NCBI GenBank assembly: GCA_003165655.1
Contig: PMOY01000096.1
Span: 1-61,051, forward strand
Length of the DNA stretch: 61,051 nucleotides
Direction of reading: 5' to 3'
Source: Solirubrobacterales bacterium
GTDB lineage: Bacteria > Actinomycetota > Thermoleophilia > Solirubrobacterales > Solirubrobacteraceae
The notes under the pieces were generated by a model that was given only the letters and a program-made list of their open reading frames with translations, ran no database searches and was not told where the DNA came from. Positions 10,185 to 19,831 of this stretch are shown here, one piece after another (the first letter of the stretch is position 1; each line of letters opens with the position of its first letter). The translations under genes and the position numbers were made by a program.

Positions 10185-12118
10185 CAGCGCACACGTCCCG
10201 TGAAGCTCGCTACGACGGCCGGATCGCGCATGACCTCCTGAGGTGTTCCCTGGGCGATGACGCGTCCTTGATCGAGCACGCACGCGTAGTCGGCAACCGA
10301 CATCACGAATTCGACATTGTGTTCGACGAGCAATACCGCCATCGACGAACCCTTGAGCCGGGCCAGAAGCTCCCCCAGCGCCTGCCGCTCGCCGACGCTC
10401 AGACCCGAGGCTGGCTCATCGAGCAGCAGCATGCGCGGGGTCTCAATCAGAGCTCGCGCGACTTCGATCAGTCTCCGTGTCCCCAGTGGCATGGCCGCCG
10501 CCTCCTCCCAGGCGCGATCTTCAATGCCGAGTCGGGACATCGCTCGGCGGGCGGACGCTCGGTGGCGCGCCAGCGCGCGACGGGAACCTGGGGTACGAAG
10601 GACGCTCCTCGCGATCCCGACGGGATCGCGAGACCAGGCGCCCAAGGCGACCGCGTCCATCACGGCCATTTCACTCACGACCTGCGGAGTTTGAAACGTC
10701 CGTCCGATTCCGAGCTTGTACCGTGCCGAAGTAGACCGGCCTGCTAGCTTTGTGCCGTCCACGATGATTTCGCCCGCATTAGGCTGGTAGAAACCGGAAA
10801 GGATGTTCAGGAGTGTCGTCTTTCCCGACCCGTTGGCGCCGATCAGAGCTGTGACGGCGCCACGTGTGAGGCTCATCGAGACGTCGTCGAGCGCATTGTT
10901 ACCTCCAAAGCTCTTTGAGACGCCGCGGATCTCGACGAAGCCCTCGGTCTGATCTGAGGGATCCGGTGCCTGGGCTACCAGCGTTGAGGCACCCTCCGGC
11001 GGAGACGCTGGAACGCGATCGTCCGCTGGCCTCGGGATCCGAGCAGCCTTAATCGTGTCCGCGTAGCCAAGTCGGCGCATCAGCCGCCAGCCGCTCCGCG
11101 TCGCGAGGCCCGCTATGCCGCCCGTTGTGACGAGCGCTCCGACAAGCACCAAGACACCGTAGATCGTGAGATCCCAACTCTGGAACGAGGACGTCACCAG
11201 TGGGCCGATCTGGAGTAATACCGCGCCGATGACGGCGCCATAAATGCTCCGGTTACCCCCGATCACCGAGGCAGCAATGATGCTGACGGCGGTGGCAAAG
11301 ACGAAATCACTCGGCGAAACGAAAGCGTCGAGGTGGGCGAACATGAACCCAGCCATCGCGGCCGGGATCGATCCAATGACGTAAGCCTTGAGCTTCTGCC
11401 GGTAGACAGATATCCCGAGCGATTCGGCCAGCACGGGACTGGCCCGCAGTACGTCAAAGCCGCGACCGTACTCGGAAGTGACGAGATTGCGCACGATGAG
11501 GAGCCACATGCCGGCTATTACCACCAAGATGACGATGTAGGCGTTGCCGGAGATCTGAGTTCCGAAGACGGTGATGTCGTTTATTCCGAAGATGCCGGTG
11601 AAGCCACCGGTAATGCCCGGCAGGATCGACGCGATGTCCGGGATGAGCAGAATCAGGAAGAACGAGACCATTGCAAACGATAGGCCGCTTACGCGCAGGC
11701 CGGGCAATCCCACAATAAGTCCGACCAACACACCGGCAGCGGCACTGGCCGCCAAGCCGACAAACAGATCAGTGATGCCGTGAGTGGCAAAGTACCCGCC
11801 GATGTATGCCCCAAGTGCGTAGATAAATATCTGGCCGAGCGTCAACTCGCCAGCGTAACCCCACGTAAGGTTCACCCCACTGACTACCATCGTAAAGATC
11901 GCCCCAAGTTGGATGACGCGAAGCGTCGTCGGAGTCAGCCCCAACCAGGGCGCGAAGCAGATCACGACGAACAGCGCAGCTGGGAACAGCCATGACCGGC
12001 GAGCAAGGAATGCAGCTATCGGCTCACCAAAGGGGGACTTGCCGTCAGCGTCAACGGGGCCCGACGGGACGTTCCCCTCGGCTACGGCCACGGCAGAAGT
12101 CTGCTTGGATGCCGACAT
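10184..12118 (-). CDS. Fused ABC permease/ATPase (LivM-LivG-like)
   Basis: TM N-terminal half (GYAGELTLGQ), then GANGSGKTT, RTFQ, LLLDEP, VEHN. Confidence 0.92.
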   Translation of the reverse strand: MSASKQTSAVAVAEGNVPSGPVDADGKSPFGEPIAAFLARRSWLFPAALFVVICFAPWLGLTPTTLRVIQLGAIFTMVVSGVNLTWGYAGELTLGQIFIYALGAYIGGYFATHGITDLFVGLAASAAAGVLVGLIVGLPGLRVSGLSFAMVSFFLILLIPDIASILPGITGGFTGIFGINDITVFGTQISGNAYIVILVVIAGMWLLIVRNLVTSEYGRGFDVLRASPVLAESLGISVYRQKLKAYVIGSIPAAMAGFMFAHLDAFVSPSDFVFATAVSIIAASVIGGNRSIYGAVIGAVLLQIGPLVTSSFQSWDLTIYGVLVLVGALVTTGGIAGLATRSGWRLMRRLGYADTIKAARIPRPADDRVPASPPEGASTLVAQAPDPSDQTEGFVEIRGVSKSFGGNNALDDVSMSLTRGAVTALIGANGSGKTTLLNILSGFYQPNAGEIIVDGTKLAGRSTSARYKLGIGRTFQTPQVVSEMAVMDAVALGAWSRDPVGIARSVLRTPGSRRALARHRASARRAMSRLGIEDRAWEEAAAMPLGTRRLIEVARALIETPRMLLLDEPASGLSVGERQALGELLARLKGSSMAVLLVEHNVEFVMSVADYACVLDQGRVIAQGTPQEVMRDPAVVASFTGRVR

Positions 12119-12127
12119 AAGCAGATT

Positions 12128-12991
12128 TCAGACCCGCCGTACCCGATGGCGGACGAAGACCCCGCTCGGACGGAGCAAGAGCACGACAAGCAGGAATCCG
12201 AACAGGATCAGATCGGAATAACTCGCGTTGAGGTAGCGCGTGGATTCGGCCTCGATCAGCCCGACAAGGAACCCTCCGATAACCGCCCCAACCTCGCTGC
12301 CGAACCCGCCGAGGGCGAGCACCAGGAATGCCTTAATGGCGAGTAGGTCTCCCAGGTCGGAAACGGCGTACGTGGTCTGAGCGACGACGACCCCACACAG
12401 GCCTGCGAGTGCCCCGCCCGCTGCCGCGCTGAGCCAGGCTAAGCGCGCCGTATTGACGCCACGCAAGCGAGCCGCGAAGCGGTCTTCGGCGCTGGCCAGC
12501 GCTGCTCGTCCGGTCAACGTGCGGGTGTTGAAGAGATAGATCACGGTCGCGATGACGATCGGCAAGACCATCAGGGTAAAGTCGGACGGCGCCGCTCGCC
12601 CGCCCAGGAACGTAGTGATCTGGTTCGAACCGTAGAACGGCACTGATAGCGGATTAGCTCCAAAGATCTGAGACATCACGCCGTCCAGCAAGATCGCGAC
12701 GCCGAGAGTCGTCACAAGTACGGCGTGGCCACCTCGCCCGGCGACCGGCGCGATGGCCACCCGCTCGCACACGAAGCCCAAGGCGAAACCGACGGCCGCT
12801 GCGAATAGCGGGACGAGCACCAGCGGCATGTGGATCTTGACCGCCCCGACGTACGCCATGAACGTCCCGACCATCACCATCTGCGCCTGGGCGAAGTTGA
12901 ACACCCCGGCCGCCACGAAGACCAGGTTGTATCCGAGGGCCGCGATGGCGTAGATGCCTCCGACGGACAAGCCTGCCCAAATGGTGGTCAC
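12128..12991 (-). CDS. ABC permease (LivH-like)
   Basis: GLSVGGIYAIAALG, NFAQ, LGGFGS. Confidence 0.92.
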   Translation of the reverse strand: MTTIWAGLSVGGIYAIAALGYNLVFVAAGVFNFAQAQMVMVGTFMAYVGAVKIHMPLVLVPLFAAAVGFALGFVCERVAIAPVAGRGGHAVLVTTLGVAILLDGVMSQIFGANPLSVPFYGSNQITTFLGGRAAPSDFTLMVLPIVIATVIYLFNTRTLTGRAALASAEDRFAARLRGVNTARLAWLSAAAGGALAGLCGVVVAQTTYAVSDLGDLLAIKAFLVLALGGFGSEVGAVIGGFLVGLIEAESTRYLNASYSDLILFGFLLVVLLLRPSGVFVRHRVRRV

Positions 12992-13032
12992 GGCTGCACC
13001 GTTCGCCCGTCGTCTACGGCAACTATCGGCAT
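12988..13032 (-). pseudogene. 14-codon ORF coupled to the LivH-like gene; collapsed gene scar or leader peptide
   Basis: GAGGAG RBS, MPIVAVDDGRTVQP*; its stop overlaps the next GTG (GTGA). Confidence 0.4.
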
Positions 13033-13094
13033 CGGTCTCTCCTCAGTGATTCGGGCCTGCCACCAGCACCCGTTGACCGGGGCGCCCGCTGTGT

Positions 13095-13110
13095 TTTGCT
13101 GACGAGCAAG
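13095..13110. promoter_or_regulatory. Putative operator (CTTGC-N6-GCAAG variant)
   Basis: TTTGCtgacgaGCAAG upstream of the ABC operon. Confidence 0.6.
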
Positions 13111-13153
13111 CAAACCCTCGGCGACTATACAAACCCCTCGGATGCGTGTCAAC

Positions 13154-13206
13154 CGACGAGACCTCGACCATCGACGAGACCTTGACCGGTCGGCGAGACC
13201 TCAAGC
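13154..13206 (+). repeat. Three imperfect 16-bp direct repeats
   Basis: CGACGAGACCTCGACC / CGACGAGACCTTGACC / CGGCGAGACCTCAAGC at 13154, 13172, 13191. Confidence 0.65.
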
Positions 13207-13483
13207 AGCCCAGGGCGACGCATTAAGCGCACAGCACGCACGGCGGAGCCGCAGCGTCCGCAGACGCCATATCCGAGGTCCGCGGCATCGTAGAAGACCT
13301 AATCAGACGCTCTATCGAACAATATGTTCAGTCGGTTAAGGCGGCGAAATGAAACCTCGTGATCCGGGTTCCCGGGAAGCAGGTACATCGTGCTGGAAAT
13401 GAAATGGGAGGTCGTCACCACTCCACCGCCGGCACAAGCGCATCTGTGCGCTGGCCTCGGCTAGGTCTAGCGCAACTCCGGGT

Positions 13484-14491
13484 CTAGGAGCGCAACGGCG
13501 GGATGACCTCCTCGGCGAACAGACGCATGGCATGATCGTCGAACCGGCTCCCGTAGCCGAACCGGACCAAGACCTGGTCGCAGCCGACAACCTCGATCAC
13601 GTGCTGCAACGCACTGATGCAGTCCTCGGGCGATCCGGCCACGAAGCGATCGCTGACGAACTCATCGAACCCAATGGATTCGCCGGCGGCAAGCCGCTCC
13701 GATACTCGCTCGGGGTCCGGAAAGCGCATGCCGAGGCGCCAGTAGTCGACAAACACCTTCTTCACGGACGGCAGCCACGAGTTCTCCACCGCCTTGCGTG
13801 ACGGGCCGATTCCCACGTCGCGCGTGACCGAGATCACGCGAGGACGTCCGTCGGCGGCGGCATCCGCTTCTTTACGGAACAGTGCGACAAGCGGCTCAAG
13901 CTCTCTCAAGGTCGTCTTGGAGTCGGTCGTCCACCCATCCCCGAGGCGAGCCGCCCGGATCACTGCCTTCTTCAACTGTGCGCCAACCAGGATCGGCGGG
14001 CTCGGTACCTGGACCGGACGTGGCTGCAGTGTCACGTTCTCAAACCGGAAGTGGTTCCCCGCGAACGTGACGTTCTCCTCGCTCCAGAGAAGGCGCAGAA
14101 CTTCCAGCGCCTCGCTCATCCTGTCGCCCCGACTCTCAAAATCGACGCCGCCGACCTCGAACTCCTCGCGTCTGTACCCGGTGCCGGCGCCGATGTACAC
14201 CCGCCCGCGAGAGATACGATCTACCGTCGCGACCTGCTCTGCGACGTCGACCGGATGCATCGCCGGCAACACGGCAATGTTCGTGCCCAAGGAAATGCGC
14301 GAGGTGCTCCCCGCGAGTGCGCCCAGGAGCACGAAAGGCGCTGAGGGATACCTGGGGTTGAAACGGTGGTGTGAGACGGTCGCGAAGTCGAAGCCGAGGT
14401 TCTCCGCTAACCGGCAGACACGTAGCGTCTCGTCATAGGCCGGACCCGCGCTGCCGTCGACGGCGACCGGAAGGACAACACCAAACTTCAT
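13484..14491 (-). CDS. LLM-class (luciferase-like) flavin-dependent oxidoreductase
   Basis: AENLGFD..SHHRF, HPVDVAEQVATVDRISRGR, PPILVG, RAARLGDGW, GSPEDC. Confidence 0.92.
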   Translation of the reverse strand: MKFGVVLPVAVDGSAGPAYDETLRVCRLAENLGFDFATVSHHRFNPRYPSAPFVLLGALAGSTSRISLGTNIAVLPAMHPVDVAEQVATVDRISRGRVYIGAGTGYRREEFEVGGVDFESRGDRMSEALEVLRLLWSEENVTFAGNHFRFENVTLQPRPVQVPSPPILVGAQLKKAVIRAARLGDGWTTDSKTTLRELEPLVALFRKEADAAADGRPRVISVTRDVGIGPSRKAVENSWLPSVKKVFVDYWRLGMRFPDPERVSERLAAGESIGFDEFVSDRFVAGSPEDCISALQHVIEVVGCDQVLVRFGYGSRFDDHAMRLFAEEVIPPLRS

Positions 14492-14763
14492 AGAAGACCT
14501 CCAAGGCGACAGCGCCGCATCGTCAGGCGCGTCCGAACGTGAAGCCGAGTGGCCCGAAAGCCTCTCCGCAGCCGTAGTACAGCGATCGTCGTGAGGGTGG
14601 TGCTGCCGTGCTCCACATCCAGCCAGATCGCGTCAAAACCGTAACGAGACCCGAGCTCAACCCCGGATCGTGAATCTCGATCGAGACGAGCAGCAACGGG
14701 CTCTCGGCGAGCCAGCTTGGCCTTGACAACGCTTCGTCGGAGGGCGCGTCTCTGGTCGCTCAT
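14488..14763 (-). pseudogene. Truncated HpcH/HpaI-type aldolase remnant
   Basis: VVKAKLA...GFDAIWLDVEHGS in only 91 codons with apparent frameshifts; ends with ATGA overlap on the LLM start. Confidence 0.65.
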
Positions 14764-14806
14764 GACGCCCCGCCTGCAGCCGGGTCTCGGCACATAGAAA
14801 AAGCTG

Positions 14807-14822
14807 CTTGCGGCAACGCAAG
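14807..14822. promoter_or_regulatory. Putative operator CTTGC-N6-GCAAG
   Basis: CTTGCggcaacGCAAG upstream of the aldolase-remnant/LLM unit. Confidence 0.7.
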
Positions 14823-14897
14823 TGGCACGCTACCGCGCTTCCGACCACGAGTCAAGGCGAGTCCGCGGCTCGGCTTGGTCGACCGATCGCGGTGAGC

Positions 14898-15278
14898 TCA
14901 ATCCCGATCGGTCTCAAGCTCTCCAACGACCTGCTCGATGATGCGGTTGAGCGCTGCCGCCCGAGGGAAGCCCGCATACACGGCCACCTGCAAAGGCAGC
15001 TCCCGGAGATCATCAGCCGAGAGATCGCCCGCAAGAAGCGCGCCGCGTACATGCATCGAGATCGTCTCATCACGTGCCTCGAGGGCAAGGGCCGTGAGCG
15101 TGACGAGGCGACGATCCCGGATGGAGAGGTGAGGTCGGTTCCAGACATCTCCGAAGGCGATTTTCCGTCCGACGAGCATCGGCGAATCAGCGTCAGAGGA
15201 ATCGTTTGGTATCCCCATAAGGCGCGAGAACGTCTCCTGAGCAAGATCGTTCAGATGGGCATAGGGGTCGTCGGTCAT
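14898..15278 (-). CDS. Carboxymuconolactone decarboxylase (CMD)-family protein
   Basis: FGDVWNRPHLSIRDRRLVTL, HVRGAL, AVYAGFP. Confidence 0.88.
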   Translation of the reverse strand: MTDDPYAHLNDLAQETFSRLMGIPNDSSDADSPMLVGRKIAFGDVWNRPHLSIRDRRLVTLTALALEARDETISMHVRGALLAGDLSADDLRELPLQVAVYAGFPRAAALNRIIEQVVGELETDRD

Positions 15279-15501
15279 TACCAGCTCCAGTCGGTACAGC
15301 TGCCGCACGTGATAGTCGGCAGAAATTCGGACGGTTGCAAGATCCGAGATTAGCCACCAGGAGGCCACCGTGGACGAGAGACTGATCGAGCCACTGATGG
15401 TCACGATCAGCAGTCCGATCGTGGTGTATCTTCTGTTCGCGCAAGCAGTAGTTTGGCGCGTCGACGGAGACGATCATTGCGCCGCTGCAGGAGGGAGCGT
15501 T

Positions 15502-15999
15502 GTGAGCGCTGAGGCTGAGAGGATGCTGGCATCGCGTGGCCGCAAACAAGAGGCGGCCGGTGACCGATTCCGCATCGGCGAAGTGGCCAATCTCGTGGGG
15601 ACCACGGCTCGTACGATCCGCTACTACGAAGAGCTCGGCCTACTGGGTGCAGCCGCAGGTCGATCCAAGGGCCGTCATCGTCTTTATTCCGAGGCAGACG
15701 TCGCGCGTCTCCGCGAGCTGATGCGTCTGCGGCAGCTTCTTGGGCTATCACTGGACGAACTGATGAAGCTCGCCGAGGCGGCGCAGGCCCGGGACTGTCT
15801 TCGTGATCGCTGGGAGGGGACCACCGATGACGTAGAACGCGCGTCAATCGTTCGGGAGTCGATCCCGCTCGTCATGCGTCAGCTCGAACTCGTCCAGTCT
15901 CGCCAGCGTAACCTGGACGAGTTCGAAAACGAGCTAATGTCGAAGCTCGAGCTGATGCGACAACGGCTGGCCGAGCTGGAAGGCGGTCACCCAGGGTAG
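15502..15999 (+). CDS. MerR-family transcriptional regulator
   Basis: RIGEVANLVGTTARTIRYYEELGLL...GRHRLY; GGAGGG RBS. Confidence 0.92.
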   Translation: MSAEAERMLASRGRKQEAAGDRFRIGEVANLVGTTARTIRYYEELGLLGAAAGRSKGRHRLYSEADVARLRELMRLRQLLGLSLDELMKLAEAAQARDCLRDRWEGTTDDVERASIVRESIPLVMRQLELVQSRQRNLDEFENELMSKLELMRQRLAELEGGHPG

Positions 16000-16115
16000 G
16001 TTCTGACCGCAAGTCAGCGTGGCGTAGCCGCGACGCGCGCCCGCAACAGACCGCACGCAGTGCGGTCTGACCGAAGTCCGGGCGCAGCTTGCGCCAATGC
16101 CACAGGAGAACTCCG

Positions 16116-17594
16116 TTGCCGCCGCTAAAGATCTCGCCACGTACCCCGGTGCTCGTCGGTGTCGGAGCCGTGACGCAAAAGGAGCGAGATCCGCTGCGTG
16201 CATGCCAAGCAAGCGACCTGATGATCGAGGCGGTGCGACGGGCGGGTCGCGACAGCCGAGCGCCGCGGCTGCTGGCAGACGCCGGATATATCGCCGTGCC
16301 GAAGGGCCGTTGGGATTACGGCAATCCTGCGGGCTCCATCGCCCACACCATCGGCGCGCGGCGCGCGCAGACGGTACTGTCTCACGTCGGCGTACTGCAG
16401 CAGACGCTGATCGGCGAGGCCTGCCGACGTATCGCTGATGGAGAGACCGAAGTGGCCCTGGTCGCCGGCGGCGAGGCCGGATACCGACTCCGCCAGGCGG
16501 ATCTCCTCGGACTGAGCCTGCGTGATGCCGTGGACGAGGGCATCCCGGATCTTGTGCTGAGACCCGCAGAGGCACTCAGACATCCTGCAGAGCTCCGTGC
16601 TGGACTTGACAAGCCAATTGGGATCTACGCCATGATTGACAGCGCCTGGCGTACCCGCGTTGGTCGCAGCCTAGATGACCACCTGGCTCGTATCGCCGGG
16701 GTGTACAGCCGTTTCAGCGAGATCGCCACGACCAACCCCCACGCCTGGCACCGCAAACGCTTCAGTGAGGACGCGATACTCGAGCATTCCGCGCGTAACC
16801 AGCTGCAGGCATTCCCCTACTCGCGGCTGCATTGCAGCTCGTGGAGCGTCGATCAGGCGGCTGCACTTCTCTTCGCTTCGGCGACAAGCGCGACAGCCGC
16901 AGGCGTTCCGCCAGAGCGCTGGGTCTTCCCGATTGCGAGCACCGAATCCAACCACATGCTCCACGCATCGGGCCGGGCCTGCCTTGCCCAGCTTCCAGGA
17001 GCGCGCGTCACGGCGCGGATGGCTCTCGAGCATGCCGGCCTCGCACCTGCGGACGTCGACCTCGTCGATCTCTACAGCCCGTTTCCCATCGCTGTCGAGC
17101 TGTATGCACGAGAGGCAGGTCTTCCCCTTGACCGCGATCTGACGGTTACGGGAGCGATGCCCTTCGCGGGCGGCCCGTATAACAACTACGTCTTGCAGGC
17201 CACCGCACGCCTAGCGGTGCTGTTGAGAGCAGGCCGTGGTAAGACCGGCTTGATCTCCGCGGCATCGGGCGTTCTGACCAAACAGGCGTTTGCCATCTGG
17301 TCCACAACGCCAGCCCGGCGGCCGTTTCTGTCCCGCGACGTCAGCGCCGAGGTAGCCGGGATCACGGCTCAAAAACCGATACTTGCCGAGTACGACGGCC
17401 CCGCTGTCGTTGCCGCACATACCGTTCTCTACGAGCGGGGCGTCGCGAAACGAGGCATCGCTATTCTCGACGTCGATGGGGCGCGACGCACCGTCGCGAT
17501 TGCAGCGAACGGTCAAAATATGGTCCGCGCCATCGAACGGGGCGACTTCAACGGGACGCGCGTCGAGGTACGAGATGGTCGGTTCGATTTCTAA
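16116..17594 (+). CDS. Thiolase-like (acetyl-CoA acetyltransferase family) protein
   Basis: PVLVGVG, NPHAW, VDQAAA, DLYSPFP, TVTGAMPFAGGPYNNY. Confidence 0.82.
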   Translation: MPPLKISPRTPVLVGVGAVTQKERDPLRACQASDLMIEAVRRAGRDSRAPRLLADAGYIAVPKGRWDYGNPAGSIAHTIGARRAQTVLSHVGVLQQTLIGEACRRIADGETEVALVAGGEAGYRLRQADLLGLSLRDAVDEGIPDLVLRPAEALRHPAELRAGLDKPIGIYAMIDSAWRTRVGRSLDDHLARIAGVYSRFSEIATTNPHAWHRKRFSEDAILEHSARNQLQAFPYSRLHCSSWSVDQAAALLFASATSATAAGVPPERWVFPIASTESNHMLHASGRACLAQLPGARVTARMALEHAGLAPADVDLVDLYSPFPIAVELYAREAGLPLDRDLTVTGAMPFAGGPYNNYVLQATARLAVLLRAGRGKTGLISAASGVLTKQAFAIWSTTPARRPFLSRDVSAEVAGITAQKPILAEYDGPAVVAAHTVLYERGVAKRGIAILDVDGARRTVAIAANGQNMVRAIERGDFNGTRVEVRDGRFDF

Positions 17595-17757
17595 CATGCC
17601 CTGCGCCTTGACCATGCAGTGTCCGGCGCCGATGTATCTGCCGCGGCGCGCGGCATCCTCCTGCCCCGGCGGAACCGCCGCGTCGTCCTCGACGAACGCC
17701 TAGCCGAGCAGCGTCGTGGCGGACGCGATCGCGTCCTCGTCGCAGGCCTGGCCGAGG

Positions 17758-17940
17758 CGACTTTTGCCGCGCGGAAGCCGTCCTGCACGAACCGCTCGAT
17801 GCCCTCGAGGTAGGTCGGCTCGTCGGTATAGAACGGGTCGAGGCGTACGGCGGCCGCGACGTGCGGTAGGTGCCGAGCAGCTTGTGGACGGGTACGTCGA
17901 GGATCTTGCCGGCGAGATCCCACAGCGCTAGCGCACTGGC
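17758..17940 (-). pseudogene. Mandelate racemase/muconate lactonizing enzyme (enolase superfamily) fragment
   Basis: ALWDLAGKILDVPVHKLLG...YAST, frameshift, PFY..YLEGIERFVQDGFRAAK; no start and no C-terminal domain. Confidence 0.7.
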
Positions 17941-17955
17941 TTGCGCATGAGTAAG
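17940..17955. promoter_or_regulatory. Putative operator (variant)
   Basis: CTTGCgcatgaGTAAG at the MaoC gene start. Confidence 0.6.
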
Positions 17956-18828
17956 CTACTGCCTGTGGATTACGATCGCATCAAGAACTGGTGGCTACCG
18001 GACCTCACTGTGCAGCTCAGTGATCGCGAGGCGATCCTCTACGCTCTGAGCGTCGGCTACGGGGCCGACCCACTTGACGAACGTGAGCTGCGTTTCGTCT
18101 ACGAGCGTGATCTGGCGCCGACTCCTACCTTGGCATCGGTCATCGGCTACCCAGGGTTCTGGATGCAGGATCCGGCGACCGGAATCGACTGGGTGCGAGT
18201 CGTGCACGGCGAGCAACGCATCACTTTGGATCAGCCGTTGCCCATCGGTGGTACGTACGTGTGCCGCAATCGAGTGGAAGCTATCGTTGACAAGGGTCCC
18301 GACGTCGGGGCGGTCGTCTATCAACGTCGCACGATCCGTGATCGGGAGAGTGACAGAGTGGTCGCCGAGGTGGACCACGTGACCTTCTGTCGCGGTGACG
18401 GTGGCTTCGGCGGAGGGGACGATCCCCCACCGCCACCAGAACCAGTGCCGACAACGGCCCCCGACGCGGTGTGCGATCTACCGACCTTCCCCCAGTCCGC
18501 CCTGCTGTATCGGCTAATGGGTGACCGAAACCCTCTGCACGCCGACCCGGCAGTGGCTCTGGAGGCTGGCTACCGGGCTCCAATTCTTCATGGGCTAGTC
18601 ACCTATGCGGTTAGCTCTCACGCGATTCTCCGCACCTTGTGCGGATACGATCCCGACCGCTTCACGTCGGTCTTCGCGCGTTTCTCCGCGCCCGTCTACC
18701 CGGGCGAGACGATTCGCACCGAGATGTGGCGCGAGAACGGCAGCGAGAACGGCAGTGTGCGTTTCCAGGCTCGTGCCCTCGAACGCGACGTGATCGTCTT
18801 GTCGCATGGCGCTGCTGAGATTGCGTGA
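17947..18828 (+). CDS. MaoC/PaaZ-type double hot-dog (R)-enoyl-CoA hydratase
   Basis: ILYALSVG, VVHGEQ, YRLMGDRNPLHADP, ILHGL, PVYPGET; exact start uncertain (17947-17965). Confidence 0.9.
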   Translation: MSKLLPVDYDRIKNWWLPDLTVQLSDREAILYALSVGYGADPLDERELRFVYERDLAPTPTLASVIGYPGFWMQDPATGIDWVRVVHGEQRITLDQPLPIGGTYVCRNRVEAIVDKGPDVGAVVYQRRTIRDRESDRVVAEVDHVTFCRGDGGFGGGDDPPPPPEPVPTTAPDAVCDLPTFPQSALLYRLMGDRNPLHADPAVALEAGYRAPILHGLVTYAVSSHAILRTLCGYDPDRFTSVFARFSAPVYPGETIRTEMWRENGSENGSVRFQARALERDVIVLSHGAAEIA

Positions 18829-19250
18829 TTGCCGATGGGCGACAGGAGCCTAGGAGTGCCTCTCATCCGGTTTAGCTTGAAGGTTCACCTCGACGGGCTG
18901 ATGGACGCCCGGTAGCCGTAGCGGGTTCTGTTCGCGGCGTGGCGCCTACGCGACCGCGTTCCGGACGGCGACCGGGTCGCGGCCGAGCCGGCGCTGTTGG
19001 ACGCGTTGCGCGCACGAGCGGGTCGCCGCGCGATGTCGATGGGCTGCTCCGCGGCTACTCGACCACCGACGGCGCTCTGCCCACTTCACGCAGGCGCTCA
19101 GCGGAGGGACGGCCCTTGACAGCGACCGGTCGCGATGGTTGCATTCTTCGTGCGGCCATCGTTGTGCTGGGCGAAGCGGCCAGGAGAGGGATAGGAGAGG
19201 CTTAGCGATGCGAACGAGCAGTCGCTGTGCGCGAGTGATCGCGACGTGCG

Positions 19251-19628
19251 ATGACGCCTGAACGTGCCCGCGCCTATGGCGCGGTGATGAGAACGCTGCG
19301 CATCCTAGATCCGGCGAAGCTATGGCCATCCGAGCGCACCCGCGTGCGTGCGGCCGCGGATCGTTTCATCTTCTGTCATAGCATGAGCCACGATCACGAG
19401 GCGCGCGCGGCGGCCCGCGATCTCGCCGCCCTGAGCAGAGCTCTGGTCGAGAGCGGCCGCTGGACGCAAGCGCATGTCGGCTGGTTCCTGGAAGACCTCT
19501 ACGCCTGCGGTCCTGAATGCCTGACCGGAGCCTCAACTGAAGGCAATGACGTGCGTCGCCATCCCGCGTCAGAGGCGCCTCCACCGAGTGGTGCCCGCAA
19601 GCGGAGAGCGAGCCGCAGCGGCCTCTAG
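19251..19628 (+). CDS. Hypothetical protein (resembles small conserved proteins I recall from Solirubrobacterales)
   Basis: MTPERARAYG.VM.TL..L.PAKL...E..R.R.AAD...GRW...ACGP pattern; recollection only. Confidence 0.55.
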   Translation: MTPERARAYGAVMRTLRILDPAKLWPSERTRVRAAADRFIFCHSMSHDHEARAAARDLAALSRALVESGRWTQAHVGWFLEDLYACGPECLTGASTEGNDVRRHPASEAPPPSGARKRRASRSGL

Positions 19629-19777
19629 CGACTCCCGTCTTCACGACCCCATCCGAGAACGTGTCGGGCGCGTACGCCGCCCTGTGCCGAGGGAGCCGGC
19701 TCGGAGAGCTGGTATCGCGTCGAGAGCCCGGGGCAGCCTCTCGGCACGCGCGCGTCAGGTCGTCTACTCTCACATGC

Positions 19778-19793
19778 CTTGCGTACGCGCAAG
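19778..19793. promoter_or_regulatory. Putative operator CTTGC-N6-GCAAG
   Basis: CTTGCgtacgcGCAAG (fully palindromic core) upstream of the acyl-CoA dehydrogenase. Confidence 0.72.
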
Positions 19794-19831
19794 TACCAAA
19801 GTCGAGGGACGATCCGAGAGCGTGTGCGGCT

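Noticed and set aside
13154-13206. CRISPR-like repeats
   Set aside because: Spacers are only 2-3 bp, there are three degenerate units, and no cas genes are present.
18840-19250. ORFs in the gap after the MaoC gene
   Set aside because: No recognisable motif or RBS; left unassigned.
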